64,000 nucleotides of DNA from Camelus ferus (GCF_009834535.1 NC_045697.1:78370001-78434000), one strand, 5' to 3'. Shown: positions 24,211 through 37,194, numbered from the stretch's first letter. Program-made: numbers and translations. Notes: a model not told the origin generated them from the letters alone.

Positions 24211-26930
24211 AAAGAGAATGCAGATAGGAAAAAAGGAGAGATACTTAGAATATACATGACATGCAAAAATGTAGCCTCATTAAGAAAAATATTTCTTACA
24301 CATTTACATGAAAAAGTGAGTCAAGAAATGAAAGAACTTGTACATGTGAGTCACACAGCAAACAACAGGTGACAGAACCAGAACTAGAGATGGAGCTCCT
24401 CTCTAACTGTTAGGATTCGGAGTGATTTTTGGTTTTTAATTTCCCAAATGATCTACAATAAACCCATTCCTTTTTTTGTCTCAGATAAAAGAAAAAAAAA
24501 ACCACTAGCAAATTGTTTTCTTTACTTTATTGACAGAAAAATAAATGTCTCAAATGAGTATGCTGACCAGTTTTTCAGCTCTGAGGATCTACACTCCTCA
24601 CTACCTAAATTAAAGGGCTGATCCCCTGTCTTTCATGCCTTCAGGAAAGCAAACACTTCAGGGTATTTCTGAAGATTCCCAGAATGTTCTTACATGTCCT
24701 GGTTTTTGTTTATTACCTTTGGTCCTGAGACACTTTCTTGAAATATCTCTCACCACCTTGTAACTGCTTGTCCTTATCCCGCTTCAATCAACCCCGGGAA
24801 GGCTGGGACAGGAGGGGTGCGGGGAAGGAGATGGAAATAATTAATTGCCGATTTTCTGATGAAGGTATCAGCATACTATTCTCATTACAGAAACAGGCCC
24901 CCACATGAAATACACATTATCCGATCATATAAAATTTTCATTTCCTAAAATGTTCTGTATTACTCTATTTGTCATCAACGTGGTTTACCTATGTGAATCT
25001 GAGGCAGAGTTTAGGGACATATTTTAAAAGAAGACATAATGAGATTAGTCTGCAATAATCCGTACTTCCATTTCAAATAGATTGCTGTCCCTTACGTGTC
25101 TCTGCTTCTGCCTTTTCTTCTTTCTTTCTTTTTTTTTTCTTTATTGCTGTTGTCCCATGACCTTTAACTGGGAGACATATATAAAGATTGCATGCTAGTG
25201 TTTCAAATGATTCCTTTCATTGTTATTGGTAAGTTTTATACATAAGGTTCTTATTGTCCTTGTAGAAGGGAGGGGTAAAGTCAATTTCCTCTTTAACATA
25301 TTGATAAACAACTCCAGATATAAGAGGTGGGGAGGAGAAGCTAGATTTACCTTTGTGTGACCTACCGAGGAATGCTGGAAAAAATTAATTCCAGAATATT
25401 ATGTCAACATTCCTTGAGGTTGTGGAGATGATTTACATAGTAGGTCTTCCCTCTCCACCCAGCTACTTTCATCTCGATACTGTAAATTGCTTTCATTTTC
25501 CCCCTCCGATCTGTGTGCTGGCGGTATTGTTGTGATAAATTATGGAGGTACAGAACTGAAAATGGTGTGTAGATTGTCTAAGAAATTGAGTGCAGTCAGC
25601 CTTAAAAGTGGTGGATGATGTGCTAAAGCAGCTACCTCACCCTGGCCATGTCCCATATGTCGTCAATGAACAGCTGCTTTTAACTTTGCCTTTCGCCCAG
25701 AGCAGGAGAGCTGCTGGATTTATTGAATTAATAACCACTCCATTATGTGTGTTTTGTTTTCCTGTGACCGTGAAATCTGGCTATAATGTTAGGAAAGTGT
25801 AAGACAGGTCTCCTTAACCAACAAGGCTGTATCTATTTTGGGGGTCATTATTTAATACTTAATCTTCTGGGTAGAAAATAATAGGGAAATCCTTTCAAAT
25901 CTAGACTAGAAAGTTCCTAACAATATTGAGTTAAAAAGGCATTTTATGGGTTACATAGCTAGATAGAATCTGGCTTTCACTATGATTTGTAGTCTGAAGC
26001 ACAGCTACTGAATGCAATGTGTTTGTGATTGAATAAGGCTTTTTTTTTTTTTAATCTGTATTTTCTTTTTTTAGGGCCAAATGTTATATATATATTTTTC
26101 CTAGATGAACATCTGAATACTTTCTGCAGGAAATGAGGGCAAAATCAAAACTATCTTCCTTTTACAACCTAGGTCATTTCCTGAAGAGTTTTGAATTCGG
26201 CACGAAAGGCAGGATTTCAGCAGGGGAGGAATGCAGACATGTGGGAAAGGTTGTACTGGCGACCTTTAATTTTTTTGACCAAGAAGGTGCAAGATAAGTC
26301 TTCTATCAAGAAGTTTCAGTTAGGACCATTTTGATTAATGGTGGTTTTCTTTCTTTCTTCTTTTCTTTTTGTTTAAATCAGGCAAACCCACGATTGTTCA
26401 CGTCTCCCCGCACCTCAGTCTTCTATACTTTACACCAGAATTTTATAGGAAACAATCAAGAAGGTACATGAATACTCTTTGTCAGCTGTGTTTCAGCTCC
26501 TGGTTACTTTACCTGTTGTTACTAGCAAGTGGCAGAAATAGCTGTCTTTTGAAGACCTATAATAGTTTTGAATTTTTTTTATTTGTTTGTTTCTTAAAAG
26601 GAAAAGCAATAAAGATACTCAAGTTTATTGCTAGAAAGGGTCTAAAAGAGTACCTATTTCAAGCCTTCGTTTTACATATGGGGAAACTGAGGCTCAGAAA
26701 AGAATTTTTAGTTTGCTTAAGATAATACAAATGATTGTAACATATTTCTAAAAAGTCCCAATGTAGTGTTTCATCCACCACAAAACTAAAAAGAAAGGCC
26801 TGTATTTTTAAAGAAATTGAAACTTTGTTTATTTGTTTACAATGCAAGGATCTCAAACTACTAAACGATGAAATAAGACTTTTCATGCATTCTCTTTTAA
26901 AATTATATTTCTTAAAGCTAGAACTCAACT

Positions 26931-27150
26931 GTGTTTGGGATTTGGAGATACTAACTACTATATATAAAATAAACAACAAGGTCCTACTGTATAGTACAGG
27001 GACTATATTTAACATATTATAATAGCTTATAATGAAAAAGAATATAAAAAATATATATGTATACATGAATCATTACGCTGTACACGAAAAATTAACACAA
27101 TTTGGAAACTGTCTATACTTCAATTAAATAAATAAATAAATAAATGAAAA
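26931..27150 (+). mobile_element. L1 3' UTR-only fragment with (TAAA)n tail
   Basis: gatactaactactatatataaaataaacaacaaggtcctactgtatagtacaggg...ctatacttcaattaaataaataaa; homologous to 22960-23160. Confidence 0.9.
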
Positions 27151-27299
27151 ACACCATGAATTAATGTAAAGAAAAAGAAAAGTGAATGGTGATAGCGATG
27201 CTTTGTAAAGACCCTGAAAAGACTTCTCATTTGAGTATATTTACATTTTATTTAGCATAGTATATTTTACTTTATTCTCTTTCTAAAACAGGGTGCTGT

Positions 27300-27520
27300 G
27301 AAATAAGTAATTAGTAAGTGCCTACCATGAGCCAAGCACTGCCTGAATTTTGCGAATCTTCTAAACAACCCTCGTAGCAGGTATTACGGTGCCCACTTTA
27401 CAAACTAAAAATCAGAATGAGAATTTTAGCAATTTGCTCAAAGTCATAAAAGTAAGTGATTGAACTGGGATTCAAGTTCAAGTCTGTTTCAATTCAAAGG
27501 TCAGACTCCTTCCATTAGAA
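27300..27520 (-). mobile_element. MIR SINE
   Basis: aagtgcctaccatgagccaagcactg, cccactttacaaactaaaa, atttgctcaaagtcata, ctgggattcaagttcaagtctg. Confidence 0.75.
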
Positions 27521-27976
27521 CAGGGTACTTGCATATACGTAAAACATGTCTTATTAAATAAATTAGTACTTATACTCAAAATAAGCAGTAGTGCAGAAAA
27601 TCTATTACATATGCTTTTAAGATACAGTCAAAGAAAAACTGAATGAATATTCTGTCTTGCATGTGCCTACCCCCCCCACAGACAGAGTCACAGACTCAGT
27701 CACACAGCCTGCAGCCACACATACACAGTTGCTCAAGTTATTATGTATAGTCTACTGTTAAAGGACTGAAAGTTGCCTTTATTATTGGTTGAAATTCAGA
27801 AATGGGTATTGCTTTTATTACATAATTTTCTTTGCAATTTCTGGGGCTATTTAAGCCACTGAAAGTGTTTCTGAAATATATTTTTAAACCTAAAAATGCC
27901 TATTATAAATTATAAAAAGTAGATTGAATCTCACAAATATTTACTGTCTTCCAGAATCAAAATATTTATTAGTGAT

Positions 27977-28000
27977 CACACACACACACACACACACACA
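27977..28000. repeat. (CA)n microsatellite
   Basis: Read directly from the sequence. Confidence 0.95.
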
Positions 28001-31000
28001 TGCAAAATGAGAAAACACAGATTTGGGAGTTTGTTTTGTTAAAATGAAGATTGTTAGTTGGATTAGAGTGGCATTTGGGGTCATTGTTTCTATTTCCAAG
28101 CTTAACATGAAAATGAAATAAAGTATTTACAATGGGAAAGGGTTCTATCTGGAGAAGTCTAGAAATTAATTGTAGATAGACTGATTCTAAGTTTGCCTGG
28201 GGCAGCGTTGGTTTAACTTGTCCTTCAGGAACTAGCAGTCCCCCCACTCTCAGTGCTTCTGGTTTGGTTCGTAGGTGGTCACCCTAGCAAGACAGCAGCA
28301 TGGCGCAGCATGCCTTGAAGAGAGATGCACTGAATACATTATTAGATGTTTCACATATCCGCATGGACGTTAAAAACAGCATATTTTTTTTCCATGTGCA
28401 TTAATATTTCCAATTATTAATAATCTTGCAGTTCTTCAGATAATAATTTCCTTATACTCCAAAGAATACCGTTAACTGTTTCTTCAAGTGATTTTACTCT
28501 TATTGTGTACAAGTCACCTGGTGAAAACAGAACAGTAGCTGGGACATTACCATCAATGAAACTAAATCTGGTCCTGTCTTTCTTCAGCTCTAAGAGAACA
28601 AAAAGAAAAGATCTAACTCATGGATTGGCCCGTGTATCAGAAACTTATTTCCTCACAGCAAGACAGATCCCTCTTCTGATACTTCACAGCAATAGCCCTC
28701 TCCAAATAAAGCTCCCACTTCTAAGCCATTATGCACATTTTACATTAAAAAATATCTCAAAGGGCTATGATGCATTTTTAAAATTCAGTTGATGAATTGT
28801 AGGGAAAAAATGTATTTTTCTACCATATGAATAAGATGAAGCCTCAACTTGTAGATTCATTTTTATCTAAATCTATCCTCAAATAAACAAGATCTGCTGA
28901 TTGTGGGTGGCCAGGCTGTTGGGGGTGGCACTATAATTGCACATGCAATTTGATAGCATGGCATCTAAAGACAGTTTTGAGGAGCCATCCCTTATAGACA
29001 TAGCACTGGGATTTTTACTAAGGGTCCCGTGGTGGTTAGTAAGGCAATCTTGGATTGACATGATAACAAATTAAAATACACCAGCCCCCTGCTTCCTAGT
29101 CCAGAGCCTTGTCCCTAACTATTACTGGGTAGAGGAAATGAGGTGTTAGAGAAGAGAACAAAGATTAGTATACCCAAACTTACAGACTAGGCAACTGTTT
29201 ATTAGAGAAATGTAAGTAAAAGTTTACTTTCTATTCAAACCCTCAGACCTTTGACCCTTACTAAGCTATACAGAAAACATCCATACGGGTGTTCTTACCT
29301 TTAGAAACCCCTAACTTACACCTTAGAGAGCTTTAAATATTTTATTTAATTAAATTTATAAGTAACTAAGTGAAATGTGCTTATTTAGGCAATAAGGCTG
29401 ACACTTAACTCTAGGGATTTTATTTTTATTTAGGTGTGGCATCAAAATGAATAAGATCCCTGTTGAAGCTCTGGAGCTGTTTTGTCCATGTACACAAAAC
29501 TGGATCAAGACCTGCTTTCCAGGCAACACGGTGGCCTGTGAGGGAGGATGTAAAAGTGTTCCTCCAAGAAGCTACACTCTAGGGGAGACAAACAGTCAAA
29601 TTCCACCCCGCAGATCTTTAACTGAGCTCTAAATAAATGGGTTGCTGTTATAGTGTAGACACAACTGAAGTGGTCTCCATTTCTAAATCAACAGACTGCT
29701 GCTCCATTCTGCGGTGGCTGAATTTCCTGGGTGGTCTTTAAGAATTGCCCCAGGAGGTAGGCACTGTCATAGTCTAATCCGGATGTTACAGAGGTATGTA
29801 AAATGGCATGTCTTGCAAGTTTAGTTTATGTGTTGTCTAGTCCTTCATGTGGAAATAGACATTCTTTTAAGCTTTTTAAGAACCTCTGTGGAATGAATGG
29901 GCTTGAAAGCTATTAACGTTGATTTTCTTAATAAAAGTGTTGAAATGAGACCTGGTGCTTATGTTGTAACATGAAAATATGTACGGGGGAATTGAAAAAC
30001 TTTTAGAATCAAAGTTCTGGTTTGAAATATGTATATCTGTCTATGACTTTTATTCCAGCATAAATTTTTGTGAATTCCTGCACCACACAACCACATTTAC
30101 TAAGTTTACAATTAATGTTTTTTTTTTTTTTTTTTATAGTGGGAGACAGTAAAAGACCATTTGGGACCATGCCAGTAGTTTCTAGAACGTCAGTGACACA
30201 TTACATACATAATAGTCAGATAATATGAATCTTTCCATGGAGTGGGGAAGAAATGCCATGAAGGGATACCTCTGAGGCAGGGAGTGTCGGAGCCCAAGAA
30301 CCCCTCCCAGACGGAACTCCCAATATGGAAACTGACAACACCTAGAAATGTACACACTGATGTGCCAATCCCGCACCTGTCCTGCTAACAGCCCCGGAGG
30401 AGCCTATTTGAGTTAGTCCAGTAAATCAAAGTGGTATCTCCCTTAAGAGGCAACTGAAAGGGAAGCAGTCCAAACCATGCATTCCAATCCTTACTGGGCC
30501 ACCTGGAATTTAAGGCTAAAGCACTGGCTTTTACTTCAAATGCATAAGGAGCCTACTTCCGCAGTGTGACCTTTCTCTCATTTTAGAGAATTAAATAGAG
30601 CTTACCAAAGGGTAACCTTCTCTCTTTTTCATGCACCTGCACACATCCCAAATCAAGAGTGCCAAAATGAAATGATCCTTGAAAGCTGGGAAACAGCGAT
30701 GACCTTTTGTAAGTAAGTCTTCCTGGAAAACATCTGGGAGGAAAGGTCTTGATGATATTAGAATCAATGTCAAAAGAACTGATAATTTGAGAAAACATTA
30801 AAAGATGCAGAATCTTATTTCAGTGGACTCTCAAACTCCCAGGAAGGGAAGGACTTGCTGAAATTCAATGAAAAATGAAATGTATTCTTGCTTTGATCTG
30901 TGTGGCTTGAGTGAAAACCCATGCAAAGTAATTATTTGAGGGTTACTAAGATGAATATTCTAATAAGTTCATTATAACCAGCTATCTGCAGTGAGAAATC

Positions 31001-32338
31001 CCATAGAAGTATGCCGCTTACAGTTTTTCAAGGGAGACATCCAGTGTAAATGGTTTTAATCCTTCCTCGTCAAATTAATATGGCGTGGATGTCCTGTGGA
31101 TACAGACACTCAGCTATCTTTCTTGTTGACACATAGAAGAAAATTCTGGCCGGGCACACATGATTTATTCTTTATATCTGGTGCCGGGCTGTAATCATTC
31201 ACCCCGTTTCAAGTCTCGTTTGGCAACTTTATCTCACTTGCCGTTTGCATTTTTTGAAAGTGAAAATATATTCTGCAGCTTTTGATGTGTTGATTGGTAG
31301 GAAGGTAAAGCCAGCCGCACAGAGTCTCTGGAGACGGGCTCAGTGGCTAAAATGAAGACCTCCAGTGCTTTCTTGTTAGCCCAGACAGATCTACGTCCCG
31401 ATGAACCACAACTGGTCAATAGCGGAGGCTCTCAACGCATGTGCTCAGAAGCCACAAATCAGTTTTCCCGGGACTTAGTTATCGGCATATTGCGCCATAG
31501 GCCAGGCCCTGCTGCTACTTGCCTGACTGTAATTTCTCCCCCAGTGAAGTTTTTAAAGTCTGAGGCTGAGACTGTAACCGTGCTCTCCCGGCAACAAGGC
31601 TGTCGCTAGCCTTCCAGATAGCAACTGCTCATCAAATAAATTGCTGCTTTAATGTCCTCGGGCCTCTCACTATTAAGGAGGTTCAGTGCTAGCAGGATTT
31701 CCTACTGTTACGTTTGCCTCTTCCAAAATTTATTTCCAAATGTTTCCTTGCCTATGGCCAGCGTTTGTATTAAAATGATATATGTGTCTGAGCTGTCCCG
31801 TTACATTATTAAGTCTCCATCACTTCTTGCAATGGCAGCCTTCTAGGTCTCCATATAGCTGGCCTCTCGGCTGTTTAATCCATCTGTGCCTTGCTTCCAG
31901 AGACATCTTTCTAAAATCCAAATCTAGTCACGTTACTTCTCTTTTTAGAATCTCCCACTGTCTCCTCACTGGGGCCTCTGAAAAATCCTCTTGTGTTTGA
32001 GCCTCGGCTGCCCTAAGAAAATACCTTTTTATTAAGGAGAATTGCTTTCTTTGGACACCAGAATGTCCCCTGAAAGGAGTCCAGTGCCTCTTTGTAAAAT
32101 TATAGTTTGACTTTAGGCCCCAAAGCTATGTTTGAAATACCTGTGTTATTGGCTTGTGGTGCAGCTTTTAAAAGGATTAGTGGGCTATTTTTGTGAGGGG
32201 AGCCCCATCTCTGGCCAGCAGGCCACCCCTGATGTGCTCTGGGCAGACCCACTCCTAAGCACAAGTTCTCCCTCTCCGTGAACAGGCTTCGCTCCCCCTG
32301 TCAGCGCGGCCTCATCTCAAAGATTCCAGTCACACACA

Positions 32339-32371
32339 CAGCGCCCTCTAGGGAGAGGCTCTGTTACTGCA
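32339..32371 (-). promoter_or_regulatory. Candidate CTCF site: core motif plus upstream motif
   Basis: Minus strand TGCAGTAAC-agagc-CTCTCCCTAGAGGGCGCTG, versus consensus TGCAGTACC-N5/6-TGGCCASYAGRKGGCRS. Confidence 0.6.
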
Positions 32372-32559
32372 CACCCGACCCCAGTGGGGTCCGTTCTCAT
32401 CCTCCCCTGCTCCGATGCCTGTGTGAGCGTCTCAGGGCAACACCTTCCTTCTTCTTTGCCAATGGGAGCCATTCTTCACCACTTTATACTCTAGTGTAAA
32501 AGCACACCACCAGACTCTTGAGAGCAGTATCAGTGGCACATGGTAACCTGCTCTCACTG

Positions 32560-32768
32560 CCCACTTCCCTCTTCCTTCCAGCAATACTGACTCACAGGGC
32601 CCTGCGTGGCTGCCTCTTCAAGCCTCATGACTTTGCCTATTCTCTGCTATGGTTGCCTTCCCCTGGATTCTTCTTTATCTGCCTGCTAAACTCTTACTCA
32701 TTCTCTAAGTCTCAACCCAAACATCACCTCTACTTTGACATTTACCAAGGCTAAATGGAAAAAAGTAG

Positions 32769-32812
<44 letters not shown>

Positions 32813-33435
32813 GAAAGAGACTTGAGCCTGTTTGGGAGAGAAGGCAGTAGAGTGCGAGAGATTGATAGGCTGGGATAATTGATGGAGCCCAGTCCAGAAA
32901 AGAGATGATAAAGGGTGAGACCAAAGCGCAGAAGGAACGCATCATCTGCCTGCCCTCACGCAGCCCCCTTGGATTGTAACCATTTGTTCGCTTGCAGCTC
33001 TCTCTGCTCTAAGGGACTGGTGGTCCAAGCCCCCACTGTCTCTTGCTTGGATCACTGTGACAGCCTCCAAAGTGATCTCCTTATTTCCACTCTTGCGCCA
33101 CTTTAGAATAATCTCACCACAGCAGCCAGAGCCAGTCCTAAAATGCAAGTCAGATCCGGTTACTCTTCTGCTCAAAACGTCCCCACCCGTTCCGTGTAAG
33201 CACCAGTGGGCGACGAGCCCCCACACGACGCGCTCTGCTCTCTTCTCTTCCAGGGCTGTATTGCCTTCTAATGCAGTATTTATGTGACTTAGTTATATTG
33301 TTTGTTTAAACTCCCCACTCCAACAAGCGTGTGAGCTTCATGAGGGTAATTTGACTGTTTCCTTTCCTGCCGTATCACCTCTAACTGGGACATATAGTAA
33401 GTCCTCAATAAATATTTTTGAATGAATGAGTGAAT
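32560..33435 (+). mobile_element. Composite of L2 fragments with a long T run (32771-32805)
   Basis: ctgctaaactcttactcattctctaagtctcaac, tctcttgcttggatcactgtgacagcctcc, cacagcagccagag, ctcaataaatatttttgaatgaatga. Confidence 0.75.
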
Positions 33436-33473
33436 TTTCCTGTGGATACTCAAATAAATAAAAATAGTGTAAA

Positions 33474-33600
33474 GGGGTGATGGAGTATATCTCTCTGGTA
33501 GAGTGTGTGCTTGGAGAGAACAAGGTCCTGGATTTAATCTTCAGTGCCTCCATTAGGGAAAAAAAAAGGCATCTACAAAAATATAAGAAAAATTTAAAAA
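33474..33600 (+). mobile_element. tRNA-Ala-derived SINE (camelid vic-1 type), diverged
   Basis: tatatctctctggtagagtgtgtgcttgg...aggtcctggatttaatcttcagtgcctccatt plus A-rich tail; TSD core atagtgta at 33464-33471 / 33604-33611. Confidence 0.8.
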
Positions 33601-35779
33601 AGCATAGTGTAGAGATTAAAAAATTCTTAAAATTTGTGTTATCCATTATTTTGGCAAAAATCTTAGATATCTCTAATGTAAGTCCTTTTCAATACCATTT
33701 CTTGCCTACTAACTAAACTTAGGAAATTTGGATTACTCCTTAATGGCACTGTGTGAATAAGACACTAAAGTTATCATCCTCGCATATCTCTGTTGATCAT
33801 TTCTCAGTTTTTTTTTAAACTAATGATCCTTAAGTTTTCTGTTTTCCTGAATATACTAGCAGAATGATTTTAAAGTGATGTCTTTCTTATAAAACTACAC
33901 ACAATTTTTTTTAGAAAATTTGCTCACTAAGAGAAAATAAGCAAAGTTAGAAAAATTTATAATTTGTATTTGGATAACTAAAATAAATGCAAACAACTTC
34001 ATATCTGTTTGCATGATCATGTTTTAATTGCTGCTGAGTGTATAAACTAACATCTTAATTTTTATTCAGAAAGTTGTCCCCAGTAGGTACTCAAAATTTT
34101 GTCTTTATGAATGGTATTTTACAGAAACATGGAATCCTAGCTGAAAGACTCATTTTAATTTTAAACTATATAAAAGTGTATTTCTTAACTGAGCTCATAA
34201 ACAGGATTCAATTTTTATCTCTCATGACACATACATGCCAAGAGAATATTTTCATGCCAAAAGACAGTTGCCCTTTCCGTGCCACAAAGAGCAAAGTGGT
34301 GGCTGTTTGGACTTTGAACCACATGCCCGTGAAGTCAAGTCACACATTTCTCAATGCCAGTACGCAAACAGGGGAAGAATGAAAGCCAGAGCCTGTAAAA
34401 GGAATTCTTGGACGGCTTGAGGAGTGTATAAAATGTGCTCTATAATTTTCAGCCTCCTGCAGTGCAAGTGATTAGCTAAAGAAACACTTTGAACCTGTTA
34501 GTGGTACATCTTTTAAACCATTTTAAATTATGGAAGAGATAGTCCTCAAGAAATTAATTAAAGTTTTGGACAATAATGCAATCAGGGATATCTGTGTTTG
34601 CAGTCTTTCCTCTCTGCTTGCATACATCTTTCTCTGTCAAGTACATCAAACAGCTAATTAGCCCCATTTTAAGAGCTTCACTGCTCACATCACTTAAAAG
34701 GATCTCTAGGCAGCCTTCTTAGAGAGTTCACACTTACCGTGCATTGGTTTCCTGAATGCTTCATGGACTTTGAAAGAATCTATTTCCTACGTATCAGAGG
34801 AACTTTAAAAGCAGATGGACTTTCTTTCCCACAAATCAATTTTCTTTGTTTTGTTACTCATGATCAGCATTTTATAAATAATCTTGTAAGGGTTGATAAA
34901 CCTATTTCACCTGGTATGTGCTTATTTTCATTAAATATTGGGTTTGCTGAAGACATCTGAAAGACATTAGAATGACTGCTTTTTATTAAGACATGTGGGA
35001 CCAGAAAAAAATTATGAGAGACTAAAGTGTTGCTTTCATTTAGCATAAAGCTTTACCATGACAAAAGTTCGGTGTTTCAAATACCCATTTTGAAATAACT
35101 ACAGGTCACATGATCTACAGATATCACATGTTAGCACATGTTAAAAGTTATAACCATAACTAGAGACAGAATTTCTGACTCACTGCTTCCATTAATCTGA
35201 ACTATCACATGTCATCTCAAGTTGACTATAAAAATAACTCAAGACGCCAGAGTGCTTCAATTAACAGCTGAAATATTGTGATATTTTAACACAGGTGATA
35301 TAAAGAATCAGAGCCACAAATAGATACATGGCTGTGAGTTATAGCTGTTTCCTTGCAGGTTTATTGTGGAGGGCAGATGTAGAGAATGCTTTCCCTTCTC
35401 ACAAGCCAGTCAAGCAGGATAGGGTGTGGGTGGGTGAGGGAGTGGGGAGAGGTGAATTATACTTACATGGTTTTTTGATCATCTAAATGCATGTATGAAT
35501 ATGACCTGAGGCAAGAAAGGTGGCAGGTAGTTCAAGAACACCCAAGGTGCTTGAAAGAGAAATTATGCGGTATCTTGAGTTGAGTGGGACAAGGTGCCCA
35601 GAGAAGCCAAGCAACCATTTGTAAAATAATAGCAACAATACTAGTACACATTCATTGTGAACTTGGGATGGTTTAAGCATAACTTTAAATGTTGTAAATA
35701 TGTATACTTTTCCAGATTTCTTGAAATGTAATTGACAGCCTGCACTGTGTAAGTTGAAGGGGTATAATGATTTGAAAAT

Positions 35780-35985
35780 TCTAAATATTTTAATTCATTG
35801 AATCTTTACACCAGCCTTTGAGGTAGGCACCATTATTATGTAACATAATCAACTCAACGTCTACTCAATGTAGAAACTGAGCCATAGAGAGTTTAAGTAA
35901 CTTGCTCAAGGTCACACATCCATTAAATGGTGGATTTACTTTTGATTCCAGGCAGTTGGGCTCCATAGGGCTCCATTCCTAACAT
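35780..35985 (-). mobile_element. MIR SINE
   Basis: aatctttacaccagcctttgaggtaggcaccattatt, gaaactgagccatagagagtttaagtaacttgctcaaggtcacac. Confidence 0.85.
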
Positions 35986-36865
35986 CCTGAAGAAAGAATG
36001 AAAGGCTGAAAGGATGAAGATAGAGTGATAGAGATGGGGTCGGGAAGGAAGGGGAGAGAAAAAGTAAGAAATGAAAGGAGCACTAGATAGAAGCTAGGAA
36101 AAAACTATTTGTTTAGGTGACACCTAATATTACAATTTTAATGGAAGGTCAGGATGCTTAAGGAGTAAAGGAAGGAATAGTGGGAAAAAGATTTCCCTGA
36201 GGAGTGTGATATTTGACCTGTGCTTTTGAAGTGAATCACTCTGGATTTAAGACTTTTTGTCTTAAAATTTCATTAAAACTTAACCCCTAACTAGTATTAA
36301 TGCTTACGAAAGTATATTTTCATACCAAGCAGAAAACTATTTCAACAAAAATAAATATTATGGTTTCAAAGGAGAAGGAATGAAAGCCAGGTTGATACAT
36401 GAACAATCCAAATAAAGTGAAGAAAAATAAAAGCACATGAACACTTAAAGTTTTACTCTTATTTTACTAGTAGCATGTTCCTCAGTCCCTACGTTTCAGT
36501 GCTATGCAGTTGAGATGTCAAGGCTGGCCTCATGCAGTGTGCCAAAGACCAATAAATAAGAAGCCACCTTCAAGGCTTAATAATATAAAAGTAAAATATT
36601 TGTAGGGTGGCAGTTTGTAGAACTTGGACCTATTGTTATTGTGTTCTTTTTGGTCAAACACCTTCATGAGAAATGAGTTTCCATTCCCCTGGCTTTAGGG
36701 CTCTGAACTGGTGGTGTCTGCTGGGCCTTAGGATGTCCGAGCAACCTCCAGCCTGTAAGAGATTTAGGGATAGCTTGTGCTAGAGGTTACATAAATTGTC
36801 ATTTAATACAACCATCTGACTTTAGAATTGAAGAACTTATTGCCCTAGAAGGGAGGGTTCTTTAT

Positions 36866-36935
36866 TAGTTCAATCAACCCATAACTACTGAGTGCCCACC
36901 ACGCGCTAGGCACTGTTCTAGACACTGAGTCGATG
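36866..36935 (-). mobile_element. L2 3' end fragment
   Basis: ttcaatcaacccataactactgagtgcccaccacgcgctaggcactgttctagacactg. Confidence 0.65.
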
Positions 36936-37030
36936 ACTCGTTTAACGTGACACAGTGAATAAGCGATGCTCAGGAGAAGCAAAATCTTTGGTCACAGCGT
37001 TTTCCACTGATTCATGCAGCTACCCATTTT

Positions 37031-37194
37031 TTTTTTAAATGTACAGCATAATAGTTCAGTCATATGTATGCATACATATATTCGTTTTCATATTCTTTTT
37101 CATTATATGTTACTACAAGATATTGAATATAGTTCGCTGTGCTATACAGTAGAAACTTGCTGTTTATCTATTTTATATATAGTAGTTAGTATTT
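37031..37194 (-). mobile_element. L1 3' UTR-only fragment
   Basis: tacaagatattgaatatagttcgctgtgctatacagtag...tgtttatctattttatatatagtagttagtat; TSD gctacccatttt (37019-37030) / gctgcccacttt (37195-37206). Confidence 0.9.

Noticed and set aside
30587..30708. Possible coding exon (acceptor ctttctctcattttag, donor gtaagt, one open frame ELNRAYQRVTF...)
   Set aside because: Peptide unrecognised, weak exon-side donor context (ttt|gt), and no partner exons; compatible with chance.
32771..32944. Poly(T)-headed segment as a processed pseudogene
   Set aside because: No ORF homology or TSD; the adjoining sequence resembles an inverted L2 fragment with an expanded homopolymer.
34738..34956. 219-nt minus-strand exon-like interval with good acceptor and donor
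   Set aside because: Stop codons in all three frames and no other support.
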